Part shown: piece after piece, positions 30,001-39,019 of the stretch
Position numbering within the stretch: the first letter of the stretch is position 1
Layout of the letters: every line of letters starts with the position of its first letter
The notes under the pieces: generated by a model
What the model was told of the DNA's origin: nothing
The model's input: the letters and a program-made list of their open reading frames with translations, nothing else
Databases searched by the model: none
NCBI GenBank assembly: GCA_964016885.1
Contig: OZ024741.1
Location: 222,642,001-222,706,000 of the forward strand
DNA from: Eledone cirrhosa
Taxonomy: Eukaryota
Length of the DNA: 64,000 nt
Direction of reading: 5' to 3'
Translations under genes and position numbers: made by a program

Positions 30001-33000
30001 TATTATTTGTGGTATAATTGAGGGTATTATTGTTTGTATTATTGGTGGTATTATTAGTGGTATTATTGTTGGTATTATTGGTGGTATTATTGGTGTTATT
30101 ATTAGTGGTATTATTGGTGGTATTATTGGTGTTATTATTGGTGGTATTATTGGTGGTAATATTGGTGGTAATATTGTTGGTATTATTTGTGGTATAATTG
30201 AGGGTATTATTGTTTGTATTATTGGTGATATTATTAGTGGTATTATTGGTGGTATTGTTGGCGGTGTTATTGGTGGTATTTTTGGTGGTAATATTGGTGG
30301 TAATATTGGTGGTAATATTGGTGGTAATATTGCTGGTATTGTTGGTGGTAATATAGGTGGTATTATTAGTGGTATTGTTGGCGGTGTTATTGGTGATATT
30401 ATAATGGTATTATTGGTGGTATTGTTGGTGGTATTATTGGTGGTAATATTGGTGGTATTATTGGTGGTATTATTGTTGGTATTATTGGCGGTATTATTGG
30501 TGGTAATATTGGTGGTATTATTAGTGGTATTGTTGGCGGTGTTATTGGTGATATTATAATGGTATTATTGGTGGTATTGTTGGTGGTATTATTGGTGGTA
30601 ATATTGGTGGTATTATTGGTGGTATTATTGTTGGTATTATTGGCGGTATTATTGGTGGTAATATTGGTGGTATTATTGTTGGAAATATTGGTGGTATTAT
30701 TGGTGGTGTTGTTGGTGGTAATATTGGTGGTATTATTAGTGGTATTGTTGGCAGTGTTATTGGTGATATTATTAGTGGTATTATTGGTGGTATTATTGGT
30801 GGTATTATTGGTGGTAATATTGTTGGTATTATTGTTGGAAATATTGGTGGTATTATTGTTGGTATTATTGGTGGTATTATTGGTGGTAATATTGGTGGTA
30901 TTGTTGGTGGTATTTTTGGTGGTAATATTGGTGGTAATATTGGTGGTAATATTGCTGGTATTGTTGGTGGTATTATTGGCGGTATTATTGGTGGTAATAT
31001 TGGTGGTATTATTGGTGGTATTATTAGTGGTATTATTGGTGGTAAAATTGGTGGTATTATTGGTGGTATTATTGGTGGTATTATTGGTGGTATTATTGGT
31101 GGTATTATTGGTGGTATTATTAGTGGTAATATTGGTGTTATGATTGGTGGTATTATTGGTGGTATTATTGGTGGTATTATTGGTGGTATTTTGGTGGTAA
31201 TATTGGTGTTATTATTGGTGGTATTATTGGTGGTATTATTGGTGGTATTATTGGAGGTATTATTGGTGGTAATATTGGTGTATTATTTGTGGTATCATTG
31301 GTGTTATTATTGGTGGTAATATTGGTGGTATTATTGGTGTTATTATTGGTGTTATTATTGGTTGTATTATTGGTGGTATTATTGGTGGTATTATTGGTGG
31401 TATTATTGGTGGTATTATTGGTGGTATTATAGTTGGTATTATTGGTGTTAATATTGGTGGTATTATTGGTGGTATTATTGGTGGTATTATTGTTTGTATT
31501 ATTGGTGGTATTATTGGTTGTATTATTGGTTGTATTATTGGTTGTATTATTGGTTGTATTATTGGTTGTATTATTGGTTGTATTATTCGTGGTATTATAG
31601 TTGGTATTGTTTTGTGGTAATATTGGTCGTATTATTGGTGGTATTATTGGTGGTATTATTGGTGGTAATATTGGTGGTATTATTGGTGGTAGTATTGGTG
31701 TTATTGTTGGTGGTATTATTGGTGGTATTATTGTTGGTATTATTGGTGGTAATATTGGTGGTAATATTGGTGGAATTATTGGTGTTATTATTGGTGGTAT
31801 TATTGGTGGTATTATTGGTGGCGTTATTGGTGGTAGTATTGGTGGTATTATTGGAGGTATTATTGGTGCTAATATTGGTGTATTATTGGTGGTATCATTG
31901 GTGGTATTATTGGTGGTATTATTGGTGGTATTATTGGTGGTATTATTGGTGGTATTATTAGTGGTAATATTGGTGGGAATATTGGTGGTATTATTGTTTG
32001 TATTATTGGTGGTATTATTCGGGTATTATTCGTGGTATTATTCGTGGTATTATTCGTGGTATTATTGGTGGTAGTATTGGTAGTATTGTTGGTGGTATTA
32101 TTGGTGGTATTATTGGTGGTATTGTTGGTGGTATTATTGGTGGTATTATTGGTGGTATTATTGATGGTATTATTGGTGGTATTATAAGTGGTTTTATTGT
32201 TGGTAATATTGGTGGTATTATTTGTGGTATTATTGGTGGCAATATTGGAGATATTATTGGTGGTATTATTGGTGGTATTATTGGTGGTATTATTGGTGGT
32301 ATTATTGGTGGTAATATTGGTGGTATTATTGGTGGTAATATTGGTGGTAATATTGGTGATATTGTTGTTTGTATTATTGGTGGTAATATTGGTGGTATTA
32401 TTAGTGGTATTGTTGGCGGTGTTATTGGTGATATTATTAGTGGTATTATTGGTGGTATTATTGGTGGTATTATAAGTGGTTTTATTGTTGGTAATATTGG
32501 TGGTATTATTGGTGGTATTATTGGTGGCAATATTGGTGGTAATATTGGTGGTATTGTTGTTTGTATTATTGGTGGTAATATTGGTGGTATTATTAGTGGT
32601 ATTGTTGGCGGTATTATTGGTGGTAATATTGGTGGTATTATTGGTGGTATTGTTCGTATTATTATTGGTGGTATTATTTGTGGTATTTTTGGTGGTATTA
32701 TTGGTGTTATTATTGGTTGTATTATTGGTGGTATTATTGGTGGTATTATTGGTGGTAATATTGTTGGTATTATTTGTGGTATTATTGGTGGTATTATTGG
32801 TGTTATTATTGGTTGTAATATTGGTGGTATTATTGGTGGTAATATTGGTGGTATTATTGGTGGTATTGTTCGTGTTATTATTGGTTGTATTATTGGTGGT
32901 ATTATTGGTGGTATTATTGGTGGTATTATTGGTGGTATTATTGGTGTTATTATTGGTGGTATTATTGGTGTTATTATTGGTTGTATTATTGGTGGTATTA

Positions 33001-33224
33001 TTGGTGGTATTATTGGTGGTATTATTGGTGTTATTATTGGTTGTATTATTGGTGGTATTATTGGTGGTATTATTGGTGTTATTATTGGTTGTATTATTGG
33101 TGGTATTATTGGTGGTATTATTGGTGTTATTATTGGTTGTATTATTGGTGGTATTATTAGTGGTATTATTAGTGGTATTATTAGTGATATTATTATTGAT
33201 ATTATTGGTGGTATTATTGGTAAT
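1..33224. repeat. 12-bp tandem satellite (GGTGGTATTATT)n, at least 33 kb, running off the left edge of the window
   Basis: Directly visible. Recurrent variants include GGTAAT, ATTGTT, AGT/TGT/CGT/GAT/GTT in place of GGT, and occasional 1-nt indels. The array decays into unique sequence at about 33225. Confidence 0.99.
25033..25205 (+). mobile_element. tRNA-derived SINE (family A, short internal-deletion variant) inserted in the satellite
   Basis: A-box-like TGGCAGTATCGG, B-box-like GAGCTCAAATCCC, body GCCTTTCATCCTTACGGGGTCGATAAAATAAAGTACCAG, 3' end GTAGAAACA. By eye it has 5 mismatches in 173 bp to the copy at 38516-38688. ATT is duplicated at 25030-25032 and 25206-25208. Confidence 0.93.
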
Positions 33225-33386
33225 AAAGCTGGTATAAGTAGTTGAGACATTAGTGACAATGTTTACAGTGATATTTCTATGAATTGTATAAGCTGTAGTG
33301 GTGGTAGTATAAGTGTCAGTAACTGCAATAATGTTACCCAATCGTTCTTCCCCACAACCAAATATTAACTCCACTGGATGAGTCAT
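31869..33386 (-). CDS. Candidate only: Asn/Thr-rich mucin-like ORF with a unique lead-in reading in frame into (NNTT)n
   Basis: 505-aa ORF. The non-repeat lead-in VTDTYTTTTTAYTIHRNITVNIVTNVSTTYTSFIT grades into NNTT repeats. Possible phase-1 acceptor ttgcag| with AG at 33324-33323. No homology or expression evidence, and no signal peptide is visible. Confidence 0.22.
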   Translation of the reverse strand: MTHPVELIFGCGEERLGNIIAVTDTYTTTTTAYTIHRNITVNIVTNVSTTYTSFITNNTTNNINNNITNNTTNNTTNNTTNNTTNNNTNNTTNNTTNNTTNNNTNNTTNNTTNNTTNNNTNNTTNNTTNNTTNNTTNNNTNNTTNNNTNNTTNNTTNNTTNNTTNNTTNNNTNNTTNNTTNITTNNTTNITTNNNTNNTTNNTTNNTNNITTNNTTNNTTNNTTNNNTNNTTKNTTNNTTNNNTNNTTNNTTNITTNNTANNTTNNTTNITTNNTNNNTTNITTNIATNNTTNNTTNITNNKTTYNTTNNTTNNTTNNITNNTANNTTNNTTNITTNNTNNNITNITTNITTNNTTNITTNNTTNNTTNNTTNNTTNNISNIATNNTTNNTTNITNNKTTYNTTNNTINNTTNNTTNNTTNNTTNNTTNNTTNNTTNTTTNNTTNNTTNNTTNNTRIIPPIIQTIIPPIFPPILPLIIPPIIPPIIPPIIPPIIPPMIPPIIHQY

Positions 33387-33469
33387 TTACAAACAAACAT
33401 CTCCAGGATTCTTCAACACATAAACACATACAGTTATTCAATGAACGTTTTTACTTTATTTATTTATTT

Positions 33470-34123
33470 CCTTCTTTCTCCTTCTCTTTCTCTCTGTCTT
33501 CCTTCCTTTCTTTCTTTGTCTGTCTTTCTGTTTGTTTTTGTTTTATTTCGTTTTTTTCTTTTTGCTTTTTGTATTTCTTTCTACTTTTTTTCTTTGTCTC
33601 TTTTTCTCTTTCTCTCTTCCCATCTAACTTTCTTCTCTCTCTTTCTTTTTCGCTTTTTGTGTTCCCCTCTAACTTTCTTCTCTCTCTTTCTCTTCTTTTT
33701 CTTTTTCTCTCTTCCCCTCTACCTTTCTTCTCTCTCTTTCTTTTTCGCTTTTTGTGTTCCCCTCTAACTTTCTTCTCTCTCTTTCTTTCTTTTTCTCTTT
33801 CTCTCTTCCCCTCTAACTTTCTTCTCTCTCTTTCCTTTTCTCTTTTTGTGTTCCCCTCTAACTTTCTTCTCTCTCTTTCTCTTTCTTTTTCTCTTTTTCT
33901 CTTCCCCTCTAACTTTCTTCTCTCTCTTTCTTTTTCTCTTTCTCACTTCCCCTCTTACTTTCTTCTTTCTTTTCCTCTTTTTCTCTTTCTCTCTTCCCCT
34001 CTAACTTTCTTCTCACTCCTTCTTTTTCTCTTTTTCTCTTCCCCTCTAACTTTCTTCACGCTCTTTCTTTTTCTTTCTTTCTCGTCTTTCTTTTCATTTG
34101 TTTTATTGATTCTTTCTTTTTTT
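33470..34123. repeat. Polypyrimidine tract containing a ~45-51-bp minisatellite (about 10 units, anchor TTCCCCTCTAACTTTCTTC)
   Basis: The anchor recurs near 33620, 33662, 33712, 33757, 33806, 33851, 33902, 33947, 33994 and 34039. Confidence 0.9.
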
Positions 34124-34185
34124 AATGAGAACTGTTAGAATCATTCTGTATGAATTCATTTTAATGTCCACAATAGTGATAGCTA

Positions 34186-34610
34186 GTGGCGGTAGTGGTG
34201 GTGATGGTGCTGGTGCTGGTGGTGGTGGTTGTGCTGGCGGTGCTGGTTGTGCTGGTGGTGGTGGTGGTAGTGGTGGTGGTGATAGTGCTGGTGGTGGTGC
34301 TGGTGATGGTGGTGGTGCTGGTGGTGATGGTGGTGGTGGTGGTGGTGGTGGTGGTGATGATGCTGGTGGTGGTGCTGATGGTGGTGCTGGTGATGGTGGT
34401 GCTGGTGCTGGTGCTGGTGGTGCTGGTGGTGCTGGTGGTGCTGGTGGCGGTTGAGGTGGCGGTGGTGGTGGCGGTGCTGCTGGTGGTGGTGCTGGTGGCG
34501 TGGTGAGGCGGTGGTGGCGATAGTGAAAGCGCTGGTGGCGAAGGCGGTAGTGGTGGTGGTGGTGGCGGTGGTGACAATAAGTAGCGTTGCTGATAGTGAT
34601 GGTGTTTGAG
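34186..34610. repeat. Imperfect triplet repeat (GGT/GCT/GAT/GGC)n
   Basis: Directly visible. It generates the Gly-, Val-, Thr/Ser- and His/Gln-rich ORFs listed in the track. Confidence 0.9.
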
Positions 34611-34627
34611 GTGGTTTGTGTTTGTGA

Positions 34628-34800
34628 TTTACAACATTACCCACTACCATCGGCACGGTGTTGGCTACCCGCAGGTGTGAGCCTCGCGAGCTGGAATGGC
34701 TCTTCCAGCGAGTCTCCCTCACCATCCTCCGGGGAAACGCCTTCTCTATCCTGTCCGCCGGAGCCGCGGAGTGGCCAGCGCGGTCACCCCATTTGTTTAT
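34628..34800 (+). mobile_element. 3' fragment of a CRE-like non-LTR retrotransposon ORF (restriction-like endonuclease group), 5'-truncated
   Basis: GC-rich segment translating to TIGTVLATRRCEPRELEWLFQRVSLTILRGNAFSILSAG. This matches the C-terminal motif 'G..L......pRE..fLfQRlSla.qRGNA..il' that I recall ending CRE-clade ORFs. An in-frame stop lies just upstream at 34625-34627. Confidence 0.72.
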
Positions 34801-34939
34801 AATAGATGGGGCGAGCGAGAGAGACGGAGGCAGTGGCAGTGACAATAGGAATTTGATTCTGGTATGTTCAGTCCTTGTTAGAAAGTTTTTGTTTCAGTGT
34901 ATGTATATATATGGGTACACACAGGCGCGCGTGCACATA

Positions 34940-35082
<143 letters not shown>

Positions 35083-35104
35083 TTACACTGAAATTTGTAT
35101 ATTA

Positions 35105-35478
35105 CAGACCTACCAAACTATAAAAACCCAAACGGGGAGTACCATGAAAATATCGCCCCAAAACGGGGGTGAAATGATGCAAAATGGGGAGATTTTATAT
35201 AATTGTTTCTACTTTTGGCACAAGGCCAGCAATTATCTCAGTGCATTACTGGTACTTTATTTTATCGACCCCGTAAGGATGAAAGGCAAAGTTAACCTCG
35301 GCGGAATTTGAACTCAGAATGGCAAGGGCCGTAACTCTATGCGTCAAAGCATGGCGTCCGACTCTCTACCGATACTGCCAATGAAAGCCATATCCATTTT
35401 CACAAGAGAAGACATCTCTCAGCCAGCCCAAAATTGGTGGTAGAACTCCCCGTGGGACGGGGAGAGTTGACAGGCCTG
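35105..35478 (+). mobile_element. Non-autonomous DNA transposon (MITE), copy A, interrupted by a SINE
   Basis: Termini CAGACCTACCAAAC and GTTGACAGGCCTG form an imperfect TIR. ATATTA flanks both sides (35099-35104 and 35479-35484). After removing the SINE it is colinear with the reverse complement of 36287-36480. Confidence 0.85.
35204..35379 (-). mobile_element. SINE family A (short variant) nested in MITE copy A
   Basis: The reverse complement reads GGCAGTATCGGTAGAGAGTCGGACGCCATGC...GAGTTCAAATTCCGCCGAGGTTAACTTTGCCTTTCATCC...GTAGAAACA. AAT is duplicated at 35201-35203 and 35380-35382, and MITE copy B shows the empty site. Confidence 0.92.
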
Positions 35479-35867
35479 ATATTAGATTTCGTCATCAGAA
35501 GAATGTTCTTTCGTTTGTCTCCCCCCCTCCCTCACGCCCCTCTCTTCTGCGACACCAGAGCTCTTGCCATCCCCTTCCTTTCCCGTTCTTTTTCTTCTTT
35601 CTTTCTCTCTTTTTTTTCTATATTTCCCTTTTCTTTCTTTCCTTTTGTTCCCCTTTTTTCATTTTTTCTAAATAAATAAGGTTTTTTTTTTGGGGGGGGG
35701 GGGGTTTGCTTTTGAATAAGTTTGTGGTTTCGTATTGATGAGGGATAAGGGGGGTGTCATTCTGATATTTAGATATAAGTTTGTGGTTAAGTATCGTAAG
35801 TGACATAATAATCCATTCTGTTAACAGGATGCATTTGGTTCTGGTTTGTGTATATTTACTGGGTGCT

Positions 35868-36200
35868 GGACGCAGCATGGTTGAATGTTAAAGACGTTTT
35901 CGTTTCACAAGTTCGATCCCAAGTTCGATCCCACATCGTGTCATTTACCTTAGCCTCGACTAGACTCAGGCCTTGTAAGTGAAACTGGGTAGATGAAAAT
36001 TGTTTGGAAGCCTGTCAGATGGACTGTACTTGTAATTCAAAGGCCAGCCTTGTCACATACTGTGTCACGCTGAATCGCTCTGGGAATTACGTTAAGGGTA
36101 CACGTATATGTGGAATGCTCAGTTACTTACACGTTAATTTCATGAACCGACTATTGCGTTAATTGAACAACTGGAACACTCATCGTTGAACCCAACAGAG
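35868..36200 (+). mobile_element. Degenerate tRNA-derived SINE (family B) with its 3' tail
   Basis: Head GGACGCAGCATGGTTGAATG; B-box-like AAGTTCGATCCC tandemly duplicated (35909-35932). The body GGCCTTGTAAGTGAAACTGGGTAGATGAAAATTG and tail GGCCAGCCTTGTCACATACTGTGTCACGCTGAATC resemble octopus SINEs as I recall them. Confidence 0.65.
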
Positions 36201-36286
36201 GTCTATCGTCATTTACTGTGTGTTGCACCAGATGTATTGAGAGTGAGTGGTCTACTAATCTATTAGGGTACTTGTTATTAACTAAT

Positions 36287-36480
36287 CAGACCTGTTAACT
36301 CTCCCCGTCCAACAGGGAGATCTTCCACCCACTTTGGGGTGGGCGAGAGATGTCTTCGCTTGTGAAAATGGGTATAGCTTTCATTATGTAAAATATCCCC
36401 ATTTTGCCTCATTTCTCCCCGTTTTGGAGTACTTTTTTCGTGGTACTCTCCGTTTGGGTTTTTAGAGGTTGGCAGGTCTG
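36287..36480 (-). mobile_element. MITE copy B (194 bp, uninterrupted), inverted relative to copy A
   Basis: TIRs CAGACCTGTTAAC and GTTGGCAGGTCTG. Flanks ACTAAT and ATTAAT match at 5 of 6 positions. Confidence 0.85.
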
Positions 36481-37216
36481 ATTAATTTTTGTATGTAATA
36501 TTTCCTTATCTAAAGCTTCTGGGGTGAGTAAAACTTTCAAAGTTCATCAATATAGAGTATCTTTTGTGGTTTTTCTAACAAACCAAAAATCAACACAGGT
36601 GCAGCACATTAAAGTGAAATAAAATGTTAGAAATAAACTCCGTGGATTGCGCCACTATGAGACACCCATCACATTACTAAATAAGGTCCTAAACTCGATA
36701 TCTTTTCAGTATTTAGTTGCGGCCTTTTATATTCTAGGTGCGTTCTTCTCATCGTTAACCGAAAAATTAAATATACTACGAGGTTAGACCAATGAAACTG
36801 CTGCGCTACTGTAATCAAGTTATTATCGAAATAACATCCTTATAAGTCCTGGATTTCAGGAAACAGTTTGGTACACCCAGCAACCTCGGTATTAGAATAG
36901 CAATGGACGTTAAAAGCGTACTGCTTTATCACGATTCATTCTGGCTCAAAAGTTGAAGGTAAATCCACTGTTTGACATCTCCATGGGTAACTAGGAAACG
37001 TTCAGTTTCCTGAATACGTGTTGGGCTTCATTTTATGAACTTTTTTAAATGACATTATTATTCCATTTAAAAGTAAAGTGTAGGTGGTCCATGAAATATA
37101 GTGTATGTGTGGCTTGTATATTTTTTATTAGGTGTTGTATATGTTGTTTAATATTGTATTGTTTTACAAGCTTGGCCTATTAACTAGTCTATGTTTAAAG
37201 TTTATTATTTCATTAA

Positions 37217-37296
37217 CTTTGCCTTTCATCCTTACGGGGTCGATAAAATAAAATACCAGTAATGTAATTGCTGGCCTTGTGCCTAAAGTAGAAACA
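37217..37296 (+). mobile_element. 5'-truncated SINE family A with a 13-bp target-site duplication
   Basis: CTTTGCCTTTCATCC...GTAGAAACA, flanked by ATTATTTCATTAA at 37204-37216 and 37297-37309. Confidence 0.9.
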
Positions 37297-37309
37297 ATTA
37301 TTTCATTAA

Positions 37310-37523
37310 GGGCGGTGGATTGGCAGTATCAGTAGAGCGTCTGACACCATGCTTCGCGAGTGAGAGTTACAGCACTTTACGTTCTGAGTTCAAATCCCGC
37401 CGAGGTTAGCTTTGCCTTTCATCATTACGGGGTCGATAAATAAACACCAGTAATGCACTGGGGTTGATTTAATCGACTTTCACCTCCCTTCAAATTGCTG
37501 GCCTTGTGCCTAAAGTAGAAACA
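37310..37523 (+). mobile_element. Full-length SINE family A (long variant)
   Basis: Starts GGGCGGTGGATTGGCAGTATCAGTAGAGC and has B box GAGTTCAAATCCC. It retains the segment GGTTGATTTAATCGACTTTCACCTCCCTTCA that the short copies lack. Confidence 0.92.
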
Positions 37524-37564
37524 AGTGTTACCTTACTTAGAGAGCCTTTTGTAAATGATGGCTT

Positions 37565-37693
37565 ACTAAACGGCTTCCGCCTACTCTAGTGCTATGGTAT
37601 ATGACGCTTGCTCAAGATCGTATACATTAGGATCAAACCCCTGATCTAATGATTGCGAAGCGAACTTCTTAACCATTCAGTCATGCTGTGCCC
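37565..37693 (-). mobile_element. Degenerate SINE family B 5' portion
   Basis: The reverse complement GGGCACAGCATGACTGAATGGTTAAGAAGTTCGCTTCGCAATC...GGGGTTTGATCC...CTTGAGCAAG is a tRNA-like head similar to the one at 35868. Confidence 0.65.
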
Positions 37694-38097
37694 ACAATAA
37701 TAAGTACTATATCTTCTGTATATACAAATTCATTAACTTCTAAGGTCGACAAAGTTTCTTAGTCAATTTATTTCATAGATTCAGCTGCCATTCGGTTCTT
37801 AACGTTTCGATTCTTATATATTCCATTAATCACAGTCTTACGTATATACTCGAATTCTTTGTCTACTTTTTATATTACATAGACATGCACATACACACAT
37901 ACATATACACGCAGATGCACAAATATATATATATATATGTAGATAAATCTACCAAAATATACGGTAGTGTCCAATCCGTATGAAGAACTCAATCTAATCC
38001 AAATATCATGAAAAGAGAAGATGTATTCAAAAATTTGTTCGATGAAAATCACAGGAAAACAGAATCAAGATAAATTAATAAAAACAATGAATAAAAA

Positions 38098-38270
38098 CAT
38101 TATTTCTGAAGACAGCATATATATGTGTAGGTATGTATATTTCCTCTGATAGTTTCTAGGATGTATATGTGTGTTGGTATGTATATCATATAGATCTATG
38201 TAAAAATATTACAAATTATCAGAGGAAATATACATACCTTCACATATACAAGCCGTCCTCAGAAATAATG
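38098..38270. mobile_element. 173-bp fold-back element with ~58-bp inverted arms
   Basis: 38098-38155 (CATTATTTCTGAAGACAGC...TTCCTCTGATAGTTT) is the near-perfect reverse complement of 38213-38270. No clear TSD. Confidence 0.7.
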
Positions 38271-38496
38271 AGATGTATTTATTGAAAAAAACCAACAAAG
38301 ATTTAATATAAAAGGTCTGTTTGGGAACAGGTTTTGAATTGACCAATAGAAAAGTAGTTAGAGGTCAAGTTGATAGAATAGCAGTAGTAGAAATTTAATT
38401 TTTGGGATAGATGAGTGCAGACTTATGTTTTGAATGAAAAGAATACTTTGGGGATGAAAAGAGGTCAAGTCAAGAAGATTGTGAAGGGTACACGAA

Positions 38497-39019
38497 AATT
38501 TGATGTTATTGGATTGGCAGTATCGGTAGAGGGTCGGACGCCATGCTTTCCAGCATAGTTACGTCCCTTTACGATCTGAGTTCAAATCCCGCCGAGGTTG
38601 ACTTTGCCTTTCATCCTTGCGGGGTCGATAAAATAAAGTACCAGTAATGCACTGGGTAATTGCTGGCCTTGTGCCTAAAGTAGAAACAGTTATTAAAGAA
38701 TAATGTTAAAAACGAAGGAAAATAAAATTTTAGGGTAAGGGTATTAGTGAGAAATACCACTCTTATTTAAACCACAAGGAATCTAGGTCTATAACAAGAA
38801 ATTAAATTAATTGATAGGTATACTTATAGGGGTAAAGTTATATTAATTCATATGAATGTGATAAATAAGAATTAGATGTTATTAAAGATTGTTGTTAAAA
38901 ACGAAGGAAAGTAAAATTTGGGGATAAGGGTAGTAGTGAGGAATACCAATCTTATTTAAACTACAAGGAATCTAGATACATAACAGAAAATTAAATTAAT
39001 TTATAGGTATACTTATAGG
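38497..39019. repeat. Diverged tandem duplication (period ~189 bp once the SINE is removed)
   Basis: 38497-38510 joined to 38695-38830 aligns with about 38870-39019 (GATGTTATTAAAGA...AAAAACGAAGGAAA...TCTTATTTAAAC...ATAGGTATACTTATAGG). Confidence 0.88.
38511..38688 (+). mobile_element. SINE family A (short variant) with a GTTATT target-site duplication
   Basis: GTTATT at 38505-38510 and 38689-38694. The paralogous empty site GATGTTATTAAAGA is at 38875-38888. Confidence 0.94.

Noticed and set aside
1-31868. The whole 33-kb array as one giant exon
   Set aside because: Many uncompensated, recurrent frameshifts and a 176-bp SINE insertion interrupt it.
1-33245. Dozens of long ORFs encoding (VVLL)n, (GGII)n, (IIPP)n and (WWYY)n
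   Set aside because: These are expected from a 12-mer with a stop in only one of six frames. They swap frames at indels, and none has a convincing unique context.
34125-34845. Gly-rich, His/Gln-rich and Thr/Ser-rich ORFs suggesting structural proteins or a mucin exon
   Set aside because: All are readings of one imperfect triplet repeat. I see no signal peptide or good splice donor, and the His-rich ORF starts in the antisense of the CRE-like fragment.
37310-37400. tRNA gene suggested by A and B boxes
   Set aside because: No cloverleaf, and it continues into a SINE body that is multicopy in this window.
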